DNA from: Mobula hypostoma
Lineage: Eukaryota
NCBI RefSeq assembly: GCF_963921235.1
Contig: NC_086108.1
Location: 20,460,001-20,524,000, forward strand
Reading direction: 5' to 3'
DNA: 64,000 nt
This document shows, one piece after another, positions 1-12,789 of this stretch. The notes under the pieces are model-generated. The model was not told where the DNA came from and ran no database searches. It was given only the letters and a program-made list of their open reading frames with translations. The position numbers and the translations under genes are program-made. Every line of letters begins with the position of its first letter. Position 1 is the first letter of the stretch.

Positions 1-2350
1 AGCAGGCTATTCTAGACTGGGTATTGAGCAATGAGGAAAGGTTAATTAGCAATCTTGTCATGAGAGGCCCTTGGGTAAGAGAGACCATAATATGGTGGAA
101 TTCTTCATTAAGATGGAGAGTGACATAGTTAATTCAGAAACAAAGGTTCTGAACTTAAAGAAGGGTAACTTTGAAGGTATGAGACGTGAATTAGCTAAGA
201 TAGACTGGCAAATGACACTTAAAGGGTTGACGGTGGATATGCAATGGCAAGCATTTAAAGATCGCATGGATGAACTACAACAATTGTTCATCCCAGTTTG
301 GCAAAAGAATAAATCAGGGAAGGTAGTGCACCTGTGGCTGACAAGGGAAATTAGGGATAGTATCAATTCCAAAGAAGAAGCATAGAAATTAGCCAGAAAA
401 AGTGGCTCACCTGAGGACTGGGAGAAATTCAGAGTCCAGCAAAGGAGGACAAAGGGCTTAATTAGGAAAGGAAAAGAAGATTATGAGAGAAAACTGGCAG
501 GGAACATAAAAACTGACTGTAAAAGCTTTTATAGATACGTGAACAAAAAAAGATTGGTTAAGACAAATGTAGGTCCCCTACAGACAGAAACAGGTGAATT
601 GATTATTGGGAGCAAGGACATGGCAGACCAATTGAATAACTACTTTGGTTCTGTCAAAGGAGGACACAAACAATCTTCCGGAAATGGTAGGGGACCGAGG
701 GTCCAGTGAGATGGAGGAACTGAGGGAAATACATGTTAGTAGGGAAGTGGTGTTAGGTATTGAAGGGATTAAAGGCAGATAAATCCCCAGGGCCAGATGG
801 TCTGCATCCCAGAGTGCTTAAGGAAGTAGCCCAAGAAATAGTGGATGCATTAGTGATAATTTTTCAAAACTCTTTAGATTCTGGACTAGTTCCTGAGGAT
901 TGGAGGGTGGCTAATGTAACCCCACTTTTTAAAAAAGGAGGGAGAGAGAAACCGGGGAATTATAGACCGGTTAGCCTAACATCGGCGGTGGGGAAAATGC
1001 TAGAGTCAGTTATCAAAGATGTGATAACAGCACATTTGGAAAGCCGTGAAATCATCGGACAAAGTCAGCATGGATTTGTGAAAGGAAAGTCATGTCTGAC
1101 GAACCTCATAGAATTTTTTGAGGATGTAACTAGTAGAGTGGATAGGGGAGAACAAGTGGATGTGGTATATTTGGATTTTCAAAAGGCTTTTGACAAGGTC
1201 CCACACAGGAGATTAGTGTGCAAACTTAAAGCACACGGTATTGGGGGTAAGGTATTGATGTGGATAGAGAATTGGCTGGTAGACAGGAAGCAAAGAGTGG
1301 GAATAAACGGGACCTTTTCAGAATGGCAGGCAGTGACTACTGGGGTACTGCAAGGCTCAGTGCTGGGACCCCAGTTGTTTACAATATATATTAATGACTT
1401 AGATGAGGGAATTAAATGCAGCATCTCCAAATTTGCGGATGACACGAAGCTGGGCGGCAGTGTTAGCTGTGAGGAGGATGCTAAGAGGATGCAGGGTGAC
1501 TTGGATAGGTTAGGTGAGTGGGCAAATTCATGGCAGATGCAATTTAATGTGGATAAATGTGAGGTTATCCACTTTGGTGGCAAAAACAGGAAAACAGATT
1601 ATTATTTGAATGGTGGCCGATTAGGAAAAGGGGAGGTGCAATGAGACCTGCGTGTCATTATATATCAGTCATTGAAAGTGGGCATGCAGGTACAGCAGGC
1701 GGTGAAAAAGGCGAATGGTATGCTGGCATTCATAGCAAGAGGATTTGAGTACAGGAGCAGGGAGGTACTACTGCAGTTGTACAAGGCCTTGCTGAGACCA
1801 CACCTGGAGTATTGTGTGCAGTTTTGGTCCCCTAATCTGAGGAGAGACATCCTTGCCATGGAGGGAGTACAAAGAATGTTCACCAGATTGATTCCTGGGA
1901 CGCCAGGATTTTCATATGATGAAAGACTGGATTGACTAGGCTTATATTCGTTGGAATTTAGAAGATTGAGGGGGATCTTATTGAAACGTATAAAATCCTA
2001 AAGGAATTGGACGGGCTAGATGCAGGAAGATTGTTCCTGATATTGGGGAAGTCCAGAACGAGGGGTCACAGTTTGAGGGTAAAGGGGAAGCCTTTTAGGA
2101 CCGAGATTAGGAAAAACTTCTTCACACAGAGAGTGGTGAATCTGTGGAATTCTCTGCCACAGGAGGCCAGTTCATTGGCTATATTTAAGAGGGAGTTAGA
2201 TATGGCCCTTGTGGCTAAAGGGATCTGGTGGTATGGAGGGAAGGCTGGTACAGGGTTCTGAGTTGGATGATCAGCCATGATCATACTGAATGGCGGTGCA
2301 GGCTCAAAGGGCCAAATGGCCTACTCCTGCACCTATTTTCTATGTTTCTA
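1..2350 (+). mobile_element. CR1 LINE (family A), ORF2 EN-linker/RT to 3' end, disrupted; runs off the window start
   Basis: ORFs 71-385, 760-1644 ([32 protein letters not shown]), 1672-1935 and 2007-2261 are broken by stops and frameshifts. The CR1-type 3' UTR ends ...cctactcctgcacctattttctatgtttcta. Confidence 0.95.
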
Positions 2351-2599
2351 AATCTAGGCGGCAGGGCCCAGGCCTGATAGCATATCAAAGCAGCAGGGCT
2401 TGGGTCCAAGAGCAAGGAACAAGCCAGGGTTTGGCTGATTTAAGTGCTGGGCCAGATTGAAAAGGCCAGGGTGTCAGGGTGGAGGCAAGAGATGGGCCGG
2501 TTTTTCAGCTTGCTGCTCGGCAAGTTTTATTTATCACTACAATGAACTGTGGCCTGCAACCCATGGGCTCCTGGATCGGCTGCAGTGATGACTGGCTTC

Positions 2600-2803
2600 A
2601 TGACTGTGAACTCTAGTTTTCTTTTTTTTATTGTTTGCATGATTTGATATTTTTTCTGCACTTTGGATATTTGACAGTCTTCTTTTTTAACTGGGTTCTA
2701 TTGGGTTTCTTTGTTTTGTGGCTGTCTATATGGAAATAAATCTCAAGGTTATATATAGTATATATACTTTGATAATAAATGTATTTCAAACTTTGAACTT
2801 TGA
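2600..2803 (+). repeat. Degenerate non-LTR retroposon 3' tail
   Basis: T-rich UTR, aataaa and an (actttga)2-like tail. A related reverse copy lies at about 43065-43200. Confidence 0.5.
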
Positions 2804-2891
2804 AATAGCCTCTGCTAACCAAGTCCAGTTCCTGACCTTCACATGTGGCTTTTCTACGAAGCCTGGCAGAGCTGTTTCCATTGACAGGAGA

Positions 2892-4396
2892 CGTTGTGTA
2901 TCTGATATTTCAGTAATATTATTGTAAATACAGGTTTCTCTCACCATCCGAAGGTAGAGCGTTCCTATGAAACGGTTCATAAGCCGGAATGCCGTAAAGC
3001 GAAGAAGCAATTACCATTTATTTTTATGGGAAAAATTTGTGAGCATTTGCAGACCCAAAAATAACCTACCAAATCATACCAAGTAACACATAAAACCTAA
3101 AATAACAGTAACATATAGTAAAAGCAGGAATGATATGATAAATACATAGCCTATATAAAGTAGAAATACTTTTCTACAATCATTGCCGCACTGTTCACCG
3201 TAGCGAAAATCTCATGCAAGCGCTCTCGGCAAAAACACGGCGCAAGCGCTCTCGGCAGAAACACTCTCTCCAGTAACCTTTAAGCTATGAAGCTGCCAAA
3301 TCATACCAAATAACGCATAAAAATACGCAGCCTATATAAAGTAGAAATAATGTATGTACAGTGTAGTATCACTTACAGAAATCTGGAAGACAGCGCCAAG
3401 CACACTGATGATGGTGTGTTAGGCTGAGTTGTCGGAGGTTGGGGTGGTGCAGTGGCCCCCACCCTCCAGGCAGCAAACCGATACCGATTCGCGGAGAATG
3501 CAGTGGTAGCCAGGACGCACCCAGCGCATCTTTAAGAAAAAAGCCAAAATAAACAAGCTAATTAATTAGGTACCACCCGGCACATGTATGTCGGCCCAGA
3601 TCAGATGGGCCTGCGGCCCGGGGGTTGGGGTGGTGGGACACTGGGGTGTCATCTCATCGTTGTCTGTTTCCATCAGGGCAGGCAGGTCACCTTCTTCACG
3701 TTCAGTTCCTGGACGACTTCACTTTTGGTCCGTTCGCTACTGCATTTGGTTTCGATTGTTATCCTTTCCTCTTCCAATAGCTTCAGCTCTTCATCTATCA
3801 GTTCTTAGTCATGGGATACCAAAACCTCTTCAACATCATTTTTGTCAGCTTCCACAAGCCAAACTCACTTTGTCCTTACTTCGTTCACCATGATCGAAAC
3901 GCTTAATTATGTCTAGTTTTACGCTAAGTGTAACACCCTTACGAGCTCTTTTAGGCTTTTCCGATACCTTAGAACTCATCTTGCTAACGGCTGCTCACAG
4001 GCACGTGTTTAAGCAATGCCGGCTAAAACGCAGTTCTGGGGGAAGAGCTTGGCTGCTTGGTGCACACTGCTTTTTATTGCGCGCTGCCTTTTTTCGTAAC
4101 AGTGAAAACACCTTCCGTTAGTGAAAACAGGTAACTAATGTAGGTCTTTCGTAACAGCGAGGTTTCGTAAAGTGCACATTCGCAAATCGGGGGACACCTG
4201 TATATTGTTTGATTAAGCAATCTTGTTTGTTTAATTCATTATGCATTATCTGTAAAAGTACGTAAATGGCAGACATCATCACGTCACCACGTCATATGTG
4301 TACCTTACTTAAAAGTGAAAAACAAAGTAGACTCACATTCCCAGCTCTTGTGTTCTTTCAATTAGTTTTTATGTTTTTGAGTTACAAAATATAACA
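2892..4396. mobile_element. Solo LTR (~235 bp net) interrupted by a Tigger element
   Basis: Termini are cgttgtgtat...atataaca (TG..CA with a T>C change). A 5-bp direct repeat GGAGA flanks it at 2887-2891 and 4397-4401. Confidence 0.7.
2931..4200 (-). mobile_element. Tigger/pogo DNA transposon, internally deleted (non-autonomous)
   Basis: Imperfect TIRs CAGGT...ACCTG with TA on both sides. The minus strand from ATG 3979 reads MSSKVSEKPKRARKGVTLSVKLDIIKRFDHGERSKD (CENP-B/psq HTH start), then jumps to the Tigger acidic C-terminus (DVEEVLVSHD*ELIDEELKLLEEE). Confidence 0.88.
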
Positions 4397-4829
4397 GGAG
4401 AAGTAGTAAAGGCAGGTTACTAGCACCTTCAAACCAGTCACTTTGGGCAGATGGGGCTTGTTAGCCGTGGTTGGCAGCTCATCTAGGAGAAGGAAAATTC
4501 TGATCTCAAACCATTGGTGCCTTGTAACTATACCCAGGGAGGGTGGCAGGGAGTTCAGTAGTCTGCTGGTCTGCTGGAAATGCAGGTCCGGTCCATCTTT
4601 CAAGCACATCTCTATGATACCAACAACATCAAATTCCCATGAGGCAAAGCAAGACTCCTTTTTTCATCCACCGTACTAGTCAAACTAATGCATTGAAATA
4701 CAAGTCAATATTCAATTCCTTCCAATCACCTTATGACATTGATACATACTTAGCTTACTGAATCTCTGTCTGAATCTACCTCAGTCACTCCTTGGCTTTA
4801 CATCTACTCTGACAAATTGATTTAAATTC

Positions 4830-5420
4830 TCTGCAACTGCATTAACAAATAACTTCTCGAAAATGCTGGACCTGTACCAGGTCCGGTATAATCTGTGCAG
4901 CTTGTACAGTTCCCACCTTCACTAGAGATTCATCTATAACCTTTTCTCCTAAACCATTTCTTTAGCCACATGTTTATTTGACCTATCCTTAAATCCCTAT
5001 ATGTGTCAGCATGTAGCAACAAAGATATTCCAGCAGTTGCAGTCTTAGAGTTTCTGCTCTTTGATCTGCTATATAAGGTCATCCCTCTTTTTACCTATGT
5101 CATCAGCAGCAACGTGAAACACAATTACTGGCTGTTTACCCTCCCCATTTTGAAAGCCCTGTGTCTTTCACCCAGGCACCAGGGAGGCAAAACAACGTTA
5201 TGAACTGTTGTCTGTGGCTCACCATCAAGTCTCTCACACTTTGGACTGTTGCTCCTTCCCTTAGCTTCTCCTAATGCAGCTGATTCATCCAGTGTGCCAT
5301 GATTTTGGTTCTGGACCTGTTCCTCAGAGATAAATTCAGCTACATCATTGTCCAATGTGGTAAAACAGATCTGGAGTGATTGAGGTTTCCCTGACTGTCT
5401 GTTCGTCTCCTCTAGCTGCT
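4830..5420 (-). mobile_element. Highly degraded CR1 ORF1 (esterase) fragment
   Basis: Similar to 23900-24300, e.g. cccaggcaccagggaggcaa (CLPGA motif) and a gtacagttcccacct segment. Confidence 0.55.
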
Positions 5421-6584
5421 GGTGACTCCTTCCATATCTGACCTTCTTCACTTCAGCTGTGAGGTTGCCACTGATGTATTCTCAGCCTTGCAGATGTACA
5501 GTAATGCCTGGAGCTCTGAAACTCGGTGTTTAGCTGGGCAAAATAAAGGCATCACCCACAAAGTTGAGCAGACCTCAAGGAAAGTCTCAGAATTCCCACG
5601 TGCTTCAAATTATCTAACACATGCTGAACACCCCGCCACATTTTTCATTTGGAATATAATCCAACCTCAATTCCCACACTACATTTGAACGCAAAAAAAA
5701 AGAAAATACTCACCAACCACCTACCTGACACACAGTCTAACCAAATGAAAATATTTAAACACGTGTTTACATGAATACAGTTTCTATGCTGGCTGTTTGT
5801 AAGTGTGAAAGTAATGGTGCTATGTGTAATAAACTTGGATTGCATATTATTTTGTTACTGAACTGTGAGATTAGAGTCAGAATGAGATTATCTTCTGTGT
5901 AGAAGAGGAGGAAGGTTATAAGGCATTGAAAGTGACGAAGTATGACTAGAGTTAAATATGTTTTTAAAACCAGGAATGGTATTCCATAGATAGTCAAACA
6001 GCATTTGGGATAGCATTGAGAACCATGAGACTGTGCATCGACGCACAGAGTTCCTTTGGCTAAAGGAGTGAACCATTTCATAAATCTGTCTACGTATCTA
6101 TCCATGCCCATCACACACCCTCAACTCGTAACCCAGAGGCCTGAATTCACGATGTGGTGGCATGGGTCCTAAATCACACCATGGCATCTGGAGTTAAGTT
6201 CAGTCAACTGAATACTCTGTGTTTTTAAAGTCTCATTAATTGTGATGGCGAATCTTCTGCATTCATGCCAAGACCTATCGCATTCACCAGTTATTCAAAG
6301 AAGAAAAGCTGCCTAGCCTGCACATGGCTCCATACCCACTGCTGTTCATTTCTAACTGACCAATGGAACGCTCACTTGGTTGTAATGAAACCCGTGAATC
6401 CGTCTATTTAAGTCCTTTCACAATCTCATTTTCCTAGATAAGTGCTCTCAACTTCTGCTATGTAACGGCATGTTGTCAGTTTCAATGCGGGCTATTGAAA
6501 TGGTCTATTACAATGAGTCCTTCCAAGCTTCCTCCCATTAAGTCTCCATGACTGTTTGTGTTGTCACTATATCAACAGAACAGT

Positions 6585-7950
6585 GGATCAAAATCAGATT
6601 TATTATCACTAACATACACCATCATCTTTCTTTGCAGCAGTGCAGTGCAAAGACAAAAATATTCATGATTGCATTGTTGTGTCAGGGTTATAGACAGATG
6701 TTTTCTCCCAGGAACTTGAAACTGCTCATTCTTTCCAACACTGAGCCCTGAGTGGGAACTGGTATGTGTTCTCCTGACTTCCCATTCCTGATATCCACAA
6801 TCAGTTCCTTGGTCTTGCTGACGTTGAGTGGGAGGATGTTGTTGCGACACCACTCAACCAGCTCACCGCCACTCGAATATCTTCATCTCTGTAAGCTTCC
6901 TCATCGCCACCTGAGATTCTATCAAGTGGTGTCATCAGCAAATTTATAGTTTACAGTCATGAGTGTAGGAACAGTAGTGCAACAGGCTGAGTATGCATTC
7001 TTGAGGTGTGTGTGCCTGTGTTGATCGTTAGCAAAAAGATGTTATTGCTGTTCCACTCTGACATGGTTTCCCAGCCGAGGAGCTGAGGATCCATTTGCAG
7101 AGGGAAGTACAGAGGCTTGATGAATACTGAGGGGATGAAGGTGTTGATGCTGAACTATAATTGTTAGAGTAGCCTGATGTATGTCTTATAGTGCTTCAAG
7201 CCTAGTAGAGAGCAAATGAGATTGCATCCACTATAGACCTGGTAAATGAATTGAAGTGGGTCCAGGTCCTTGCTCAGGCAGGAGTTGGTTCTCGTCATAA
7301 CCAACATTCTGAAACATTTCATTATGATAGATGTGAGTCACAGCTCATCCTGCTGTTTTTGGATATGGGAATGATTACTACCATTTTGAAGTAAATGAGG
7401 TCCTTAGTCTGCGGCAGTGAGAGGCTGAAGGTTCCCTGAATACTTCAGCTAGCTGGTTGGCCAGGTACACTGTCGGGGCCTGATGCCTTGCTAGGTCTCA
7501 CCCTCTTGAAGGATGTTCAGACATCGGTTGCCGAGACAGATCACAGCATCACCGGATGCTGTGGGGATTTGCGCAGGTGTAGTGTTACTCTGCCTTTCAA
7601 ACATGCATAAAAGATGTTGAGCTCATCGGGGAGTGAGCACACGCTGTTAGGTTTTGTCTTATAAGAAGAAATGGCCTGCAAACCCTGTCACAGCTGGTGT
7701 GCATCAGCTTCTGTCTCAAACTTCACTCAGAGTTGCCTGGTCTTGAACAAAATCCAGCTCCCTCAGAATACTATGATTCTCCAGGTTTGAGGAGATTCGA
7801 AATGTCTTTGAAGGTACACGCTCATCCACAAGGTGTTAATGAAGTCAGTGGTGACTGTGGCATGTTCATTCAGTTCTGAAGATGAATTCCTGAACATGGT
7901 CCCAGAGAGACTGAAGAGCTGATCAGGAGGCAGATTTCGGAACGATGCAA
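6585..7950 (-). mobile_element. Degraded Rex/Babar-type LINE RT fragment
   Basis: Reverse-strand KFADDT and LNVSKTKELIVD coding, similar to 26885-27223. Confidence 0.75.
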
Positions 7951-8994
7951 ACATTACATTGCTGTTGCCGTTGGTGATTTCAACATCCCTAATTTTGATT
8001 GGCACCTCCTTAGTGTAAAAAGGTTTAGATGGGTTGGAATTTGTTAGGTGTGTCCAGGAAGAATACCAGACACAGAATGTAAACAGGTTGACTCGAGGAG
8101 AGGCCATGGTCAGAGGCAAGGAACCTGGTCTTTTGGTGAGGAAGCATTTCAGAAACAGTGACCACAACTGCTTGACCTTTAACATAGGCCATAGGGCAGG
8201 GATAGGAGCAAACATTATGGGAAAGTATTTAATTGGGGGATAGTGAATGACAGTGGCGGCACCAGAGATTTTTTCTTGCTGGTGCTACAGTGGAGCTGAA
8301 TTATTCAGTGCTGGTGCTGAGGGATGTACCCTATGAGAATATGTATTCACAAGGCCAGACGCGTGGCGTTCAAAAGTCAGTTTCAAGCATTATGTGCCTA
8401 CTATAAATGCCACTGTTGAGCAATTGTTAGATCTAATATAGAAGTGAACTGTGACAGTGTCAACAGCACTGGAGACAACCCGGACTACGCAGCGCATAAA
8501 CAAACAAACCAACAGAGCATCCGACCCAGAGCGCACAACATGAATCACTCACCAGTCCCGCAATCAGTGTCAAATGCATGTTTTTCAACTGAAAAACACA
8601 ACACTAACCCACAATGTCAACTGCTACTCGCAGTACATAGACAGACAATGACAAAAGACATTATCAAAGACATTATCAAAGACAATAACAGACATTATCA
8701 AAGTCAAATAAGGCAAACAACAGATGCAAAGCTTTACCAGGAGTTGGACAAATCGTACTCTGACCATGCGATACCTCAATTAATTTGGCTACTGAATTTA
8801 AAACAAATATCAACAGAATCACCATTTGGACGTTTAAGCAAAACCAATAGGCTTAATAGCAGTAAATGTAGTAGTTTAGGATTTGCAGGAAACATAAGGA
8901 CTATGGGGTATCCACCACAAAGTAATAATTATAATCAGCATTTGTCTAGGCCCAAATTAAAAAAAAAAATCAACTGCACTCACCATTGATGTTT

Positions 8995-10064
8995 TCAGAG
9001 AAGCACAATCCGTCTGTTGTTGTGATTGGTGGTGAAAGCATCAATGATTTTCTGGATGTCAAGTGCTTTGATCCTCCGGCTGTTTATGGCCAACAGAGCC
9101 AAGTTGCTGTTCCGAGCATCGCCGCTGCTATTCCTTAGGTAGTTTTTGAGGCGTCTGAGGCAAGAGAAACTCCGTTCGCATGAGGCAGATGTCACAGGTA
9201 GAGTCAGTGATATGCAGATTAGTTTGTATAAATCTATAAATGCATCATGGTAGGGTCTCATTAGAGGTAGAAATTCCACTGTGTCATTCACTGTCTGTCT
9301 TTGCTTTTGTTTTCTTTCCAGCAGGTGCCGAACCTGATGTAGCTCTGCAGTCAGGTTCACTTCAGTCACTCCATAGTATTGGGCCACTCAACAAAGTTTT
9401 CCCTATTACCAGATCCATCATTCTCCCGGTGTCCTCGCTGGGCAATGCCTTGGCACGCAGTATGGCATAGAGACTCAACCACTGCTCTCATATACTCACG
9501 ATTTTCTTGGACAATCTTTGCATGTCCTTTGTTAAGCATATTTCCCAATCTTGAACCGTCTTGTTTTCTCAATTTGAATTCGGTCCATGCCTCCATAGCA
9601 AACTTATGAGCTGCACTTACATGGTGGGTTTTGAAAGCTTTCCGCCAGTTGCAGTAACCGGTGACAGTGAAGGTAGACTCAGAATGGAACCCATGTCCTC
9701 CACACAGGAAATGTCTGCATGCAAAGCAGAATGTAGTATCTTTCGTGATCAAATATTCTATCCAGGAGTACAGGTCAAACCAGCCACGAATAAAACTTCT
9801 TTGCTGATTGCCAAACCGTTGCGAAGGATACTTTTCCAATGCTGGCCGATGGGGTCCTTCCTCAGGCTGTTGGCTAACATCGCTAACAGTATTCCCACTC
9901 GCACTAGGAGCGGCTTCATCCACGTTCTCTTCTGAATCCCGTTCTGTTTCTTGTTCCTCTACTTCGCCCTCACACACCTTTGATGAACTGCCGTCGTCCT
10001 CATCCCCACTTACTTCTTTCTGCATGACACTTTCAATTAAGACAGGCTCAGGCTGAGACACCAC
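8995..10064 (-). pseudogene. hAT transposase remnant: N-terminal zinc finger joined out of frame to the C-terminal dimerisation domain; catalytic core absent
   Basis: Two overlapping ORFs in different frames meet at about 9385, with no room for the DDE core. Confidence 0.85.
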
Positions 10065-10175
10065 TGATTCCTCTGGATGAGGTCATTTTCTCACTAAAAA
10101 TCGATCCGTTTTTCACGCTGGCCAAAATAATGCCCGTGCCAGGTCCGCACTAGCTTGTAAAAGCACAATGTGTGT

Positions 10176-10226
10176 GTGTGTGGCATCCGTTAGTCTCGTG
10201 AGACCATGGATCTGCGCCTGGATCCT
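10176..10226 (-). mobile_element. 5'-truncated SINE tail nested in the hAT (same family as 16348-16659)
   Basis: ggcatccgttagtctcgtgagaccatggat matches the SINE near 16357-16386. Imperfect flanking repeat gcacaatgtgtgt / gcacagtgtatgt. Confidence 0.75.
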
Positions 10227-11689
10227 GCACAGTGTATGTATACTAACAATCTTTCGCGTGAGTGAGAGTGAGTGACATCACCACCTTAAGTGATCTTAGA
10301 TTGGCTTAACTAATCTGAGGACAGCAATGGTAAGACATTGACAACGAATGAATAAGCAGAAGTGTAGAGTGGATCTGACCTTAGACCAGCACAGAGTTAA
10401 TAACTTTATTGCTGCATGGGTGCTATGGTAATTAGGCGTGCTGTTTCACTAGATCAACTGGAGAAACAAGCTGTATTCAAAACCATACAGAGAAAGCAGC
10501 TGTAATTTGTATATCAAATTTCAGTTAATTTCTTGGTGGTGTTATGGTGGTGCTATTGTAATTTCTGCTGGTGCTATGGCACCAGCAAGCACCACCTCAG
10601 TGCTGCCACTGATGCTATTAGGCAGGGACACAAGTGTAAATTGGGAACAGATGTATTCAGGGAAATGCACAGTCAAAACATGGCAGTTGCTTAGGGAGAA
10701 CTTGCATTGGATTCTAGAGGGTATGCCCCATTGAGGCAGGGAAAGGATGTTAGGGTGAAGGAACCATGGTTGACATGAAATGTGGAATGTCTAGTTAAGA
10801 GAAAGAATGAAGCTTACTTTAGGTTGAGGAAGCAAGGATCAGACAGAGCTCTAAAGAGTTATAAAGAAACCAGGAAGGAGCTTAAGAATGGACATGGGAG
10901 AGCTAGAAGGGGACATAAGAAGGCTTTGGCAAGTAGGATGAAGGAAAGGGAAGATGACTAGGGTGAGGTAGGACTGATTTGGGATTTAAAAAATGAAGCA
11001 TGCCTGGAGTTGGAGAAGGTATGGGAGGTCCTTACTGAATACTTTACTTCAGTGTCCACCAGTGAGAAAGACATTGGTGAATGTGAGGTCAGCATAGGAC
11101 AGGCTGATATGCTGGAACATATCAACCTTAAGAACAAGGATGTGCTGGAACTTTTGATAAACATTAGGATAGATAAGTCTCCAGGGCTGGATATGATTTA
11201 CCCCAGATTACTACAGGAAGCAAGGGAAGAGATTGCTGCACCTTTTGTGAAAATCTTTACATCCTCACTGATCACAGTAGCAATGTCAGAGGATTGGAGC
11301 AGAGTAAATACTATTCATCTGTCCAAGAAAGGTAATAGTGATAACCCTGGGCATTATAGACGAGTGAGTCTTATGTCAGTGGTGGGCAAATTAATGGAGA
11401 GGATCCTCAGGGGCAGGATTTATGAGTGTCAGAGGCATAGCCTGAGATTAGATATACAAGATGACAAGAGGCATAGAGTGTTAGGTGTGTGAAAAATGCT
11501 GCCAGAGGTGGTGGTAGAGGTAGATATATTCAAGACTTTAAGAGACTCAGATAGGCACGTGGATGAAAGAGGAATGATGACAATGGGGTTAGATTGTGGG
11601 AGAGATGGTTAAAACATCAGCACAACAATATGGGCCAAAGGACCTTTACTGTGACTGTTCTATGTTCACTGATCCAAGGTTGTCCTGTA

Positions 11690-12300
11690 AACACTCCTTT
11701 GCCTCCCTTCGCTGTCCTCAACTTGGATTCTGTGGTCCTCAGTCTCTACCTACTTGCCAGAAGTGGAAGTACAGCCAAGTGATTGGACTTGCCAATGTGA
11801 CGGTGTGTGATGTCACAGTAAGCTTCGTCATGGTGATGTAACATCATGAGCGTTGGCTCCTCATTTTCCACATCTAACACATTGGTGGTGGTTGGTCAGC
11901 AACTTCTTCAAACTGGTCTGGTTGAATTCCCATGTGACAATCAGGAAGGCTTCAAGGTGCACTGTCTTGTGACTGTTGACCATAAGTGCTCAGTTCTTCT
12001 ACCACCAACCTGACATCTGCCAGGGGTGAAATGTACACCTCTACTAGAATGACTCCCTCAGCGAACTCTCTCGGCAGGTAAAGCAGACAACATTTGACTG
12101 CCAGATGATCCAAGTCTGAGGAACAGAACCAGCACATTAGTGCACCATTAAAAGACAATCAGAAGAGCAAACATCACCATCTTCATGGTGTCTAGCAGAA
12201 GTACTGAATGCCACCAAATATGGACTGCAGTCTGTTGCTAATGTAAGAAAGCTCACTGTCAAGTATAAGTAATGAATTAAGTAGGCAGTAAGAGTACAGA
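11690..12300 (-). mobile_element. Degraded Rex/Babar LINE endonuclease region
   Basis: ORF 11952-12158 contains CSSDLDHLAVKC..YLPREF..VILVEVYISP, typical of the Rex-type APE domain. Confidence 0.7.
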
Positions 12301-12789
12301 ATGCTATGAAGCAGCCTGGCAAAGAATGCAGTTTATATGCTAGTCCCTAACAAAATATTGTTTCAGGCAAACAAGCTAAGTAAAATCTGGTTATTCAGTA
12401 AGCAAACAAGTACTGTTTTCTAGACCAATGAGGTTTAAAATCTTGCTAGAGGCCAGCTTTGGGCTTTGGAATATTATTGACATAATTTGGCAAAGTTTTA
12501 TGCCAGAATCATGCTTCTAGTCCAATGGAAATCTTCCAGGAAGTCAGAGGTCGAATTTCTCACTCATCACTAAGTGTCCTTGGAAATGTCTTTAAATTTG
12601 GACCGTAGAAAGTAAAGTCCATTTTCAGTACTCCTTTCTTTCATCAATGTGAGACAAGTTTTGGACCACAAAGAACTATTCTGAAAGAGCACTCAGCATT
12701 GACCTAAGAGCCAGATGTGTACAAAGCAAAGCCAGTACCAATACAGTCAACCTTGCAGAACCATTCTTGCTGTGGTTAAATGTAAAGTT

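Larger units (their letters stand above)
8251..10611 (-). mobile_element. hAT DNA transposon (ZMYM1-like transposase), internally deleted
   Basis: TIRs CAGTGGCGGCACC / CAGTGGCAGCACT. ORF 9366-10064 has a TTF-type zinc finger (WF..Y.W.EY, CFACRHF, H...AH) and RGH..N..NF. ORF 8995-9387 has the hAT dimerisation motif LTLPVTSASCERSFSCLRRLKNYLR. Confidence 0.92.
7950..11670 (+). mobile_element. Degraded CR1 LINE split by a hAT insertion (7950-8250 and 10612-11670)
   Basis: GDFNIP/SDH endonuclease motifs lie before the hAT. ORF 11010-11492 (KSPGLDMIYPRLL, YRRVSLMS) lies after it, and a CR1-like 3' end follows at about 11600-11670. Confidence 0.85.

Noticed and set aside
1179..1583. Recurrent antisense ORFs over LINE RTs (also 19741-20007, 22173-22571, 53406-53768)
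   Set aside because: They are shadows of RT codon structure and recur wherever the LINE does.
5902..5950. Possible acceptor ttcttctgtgtag followed by EEEGYKALKVTKYD*
   Set aside because: Too short and weak, with no supporting context.
8444..8989. 181-aa + strand ORF
   Set aside because: It lies antisense in the hAT 3' region, starts at GTG, includes an aaagacattatc tandem repeat and has no recognisable motif.
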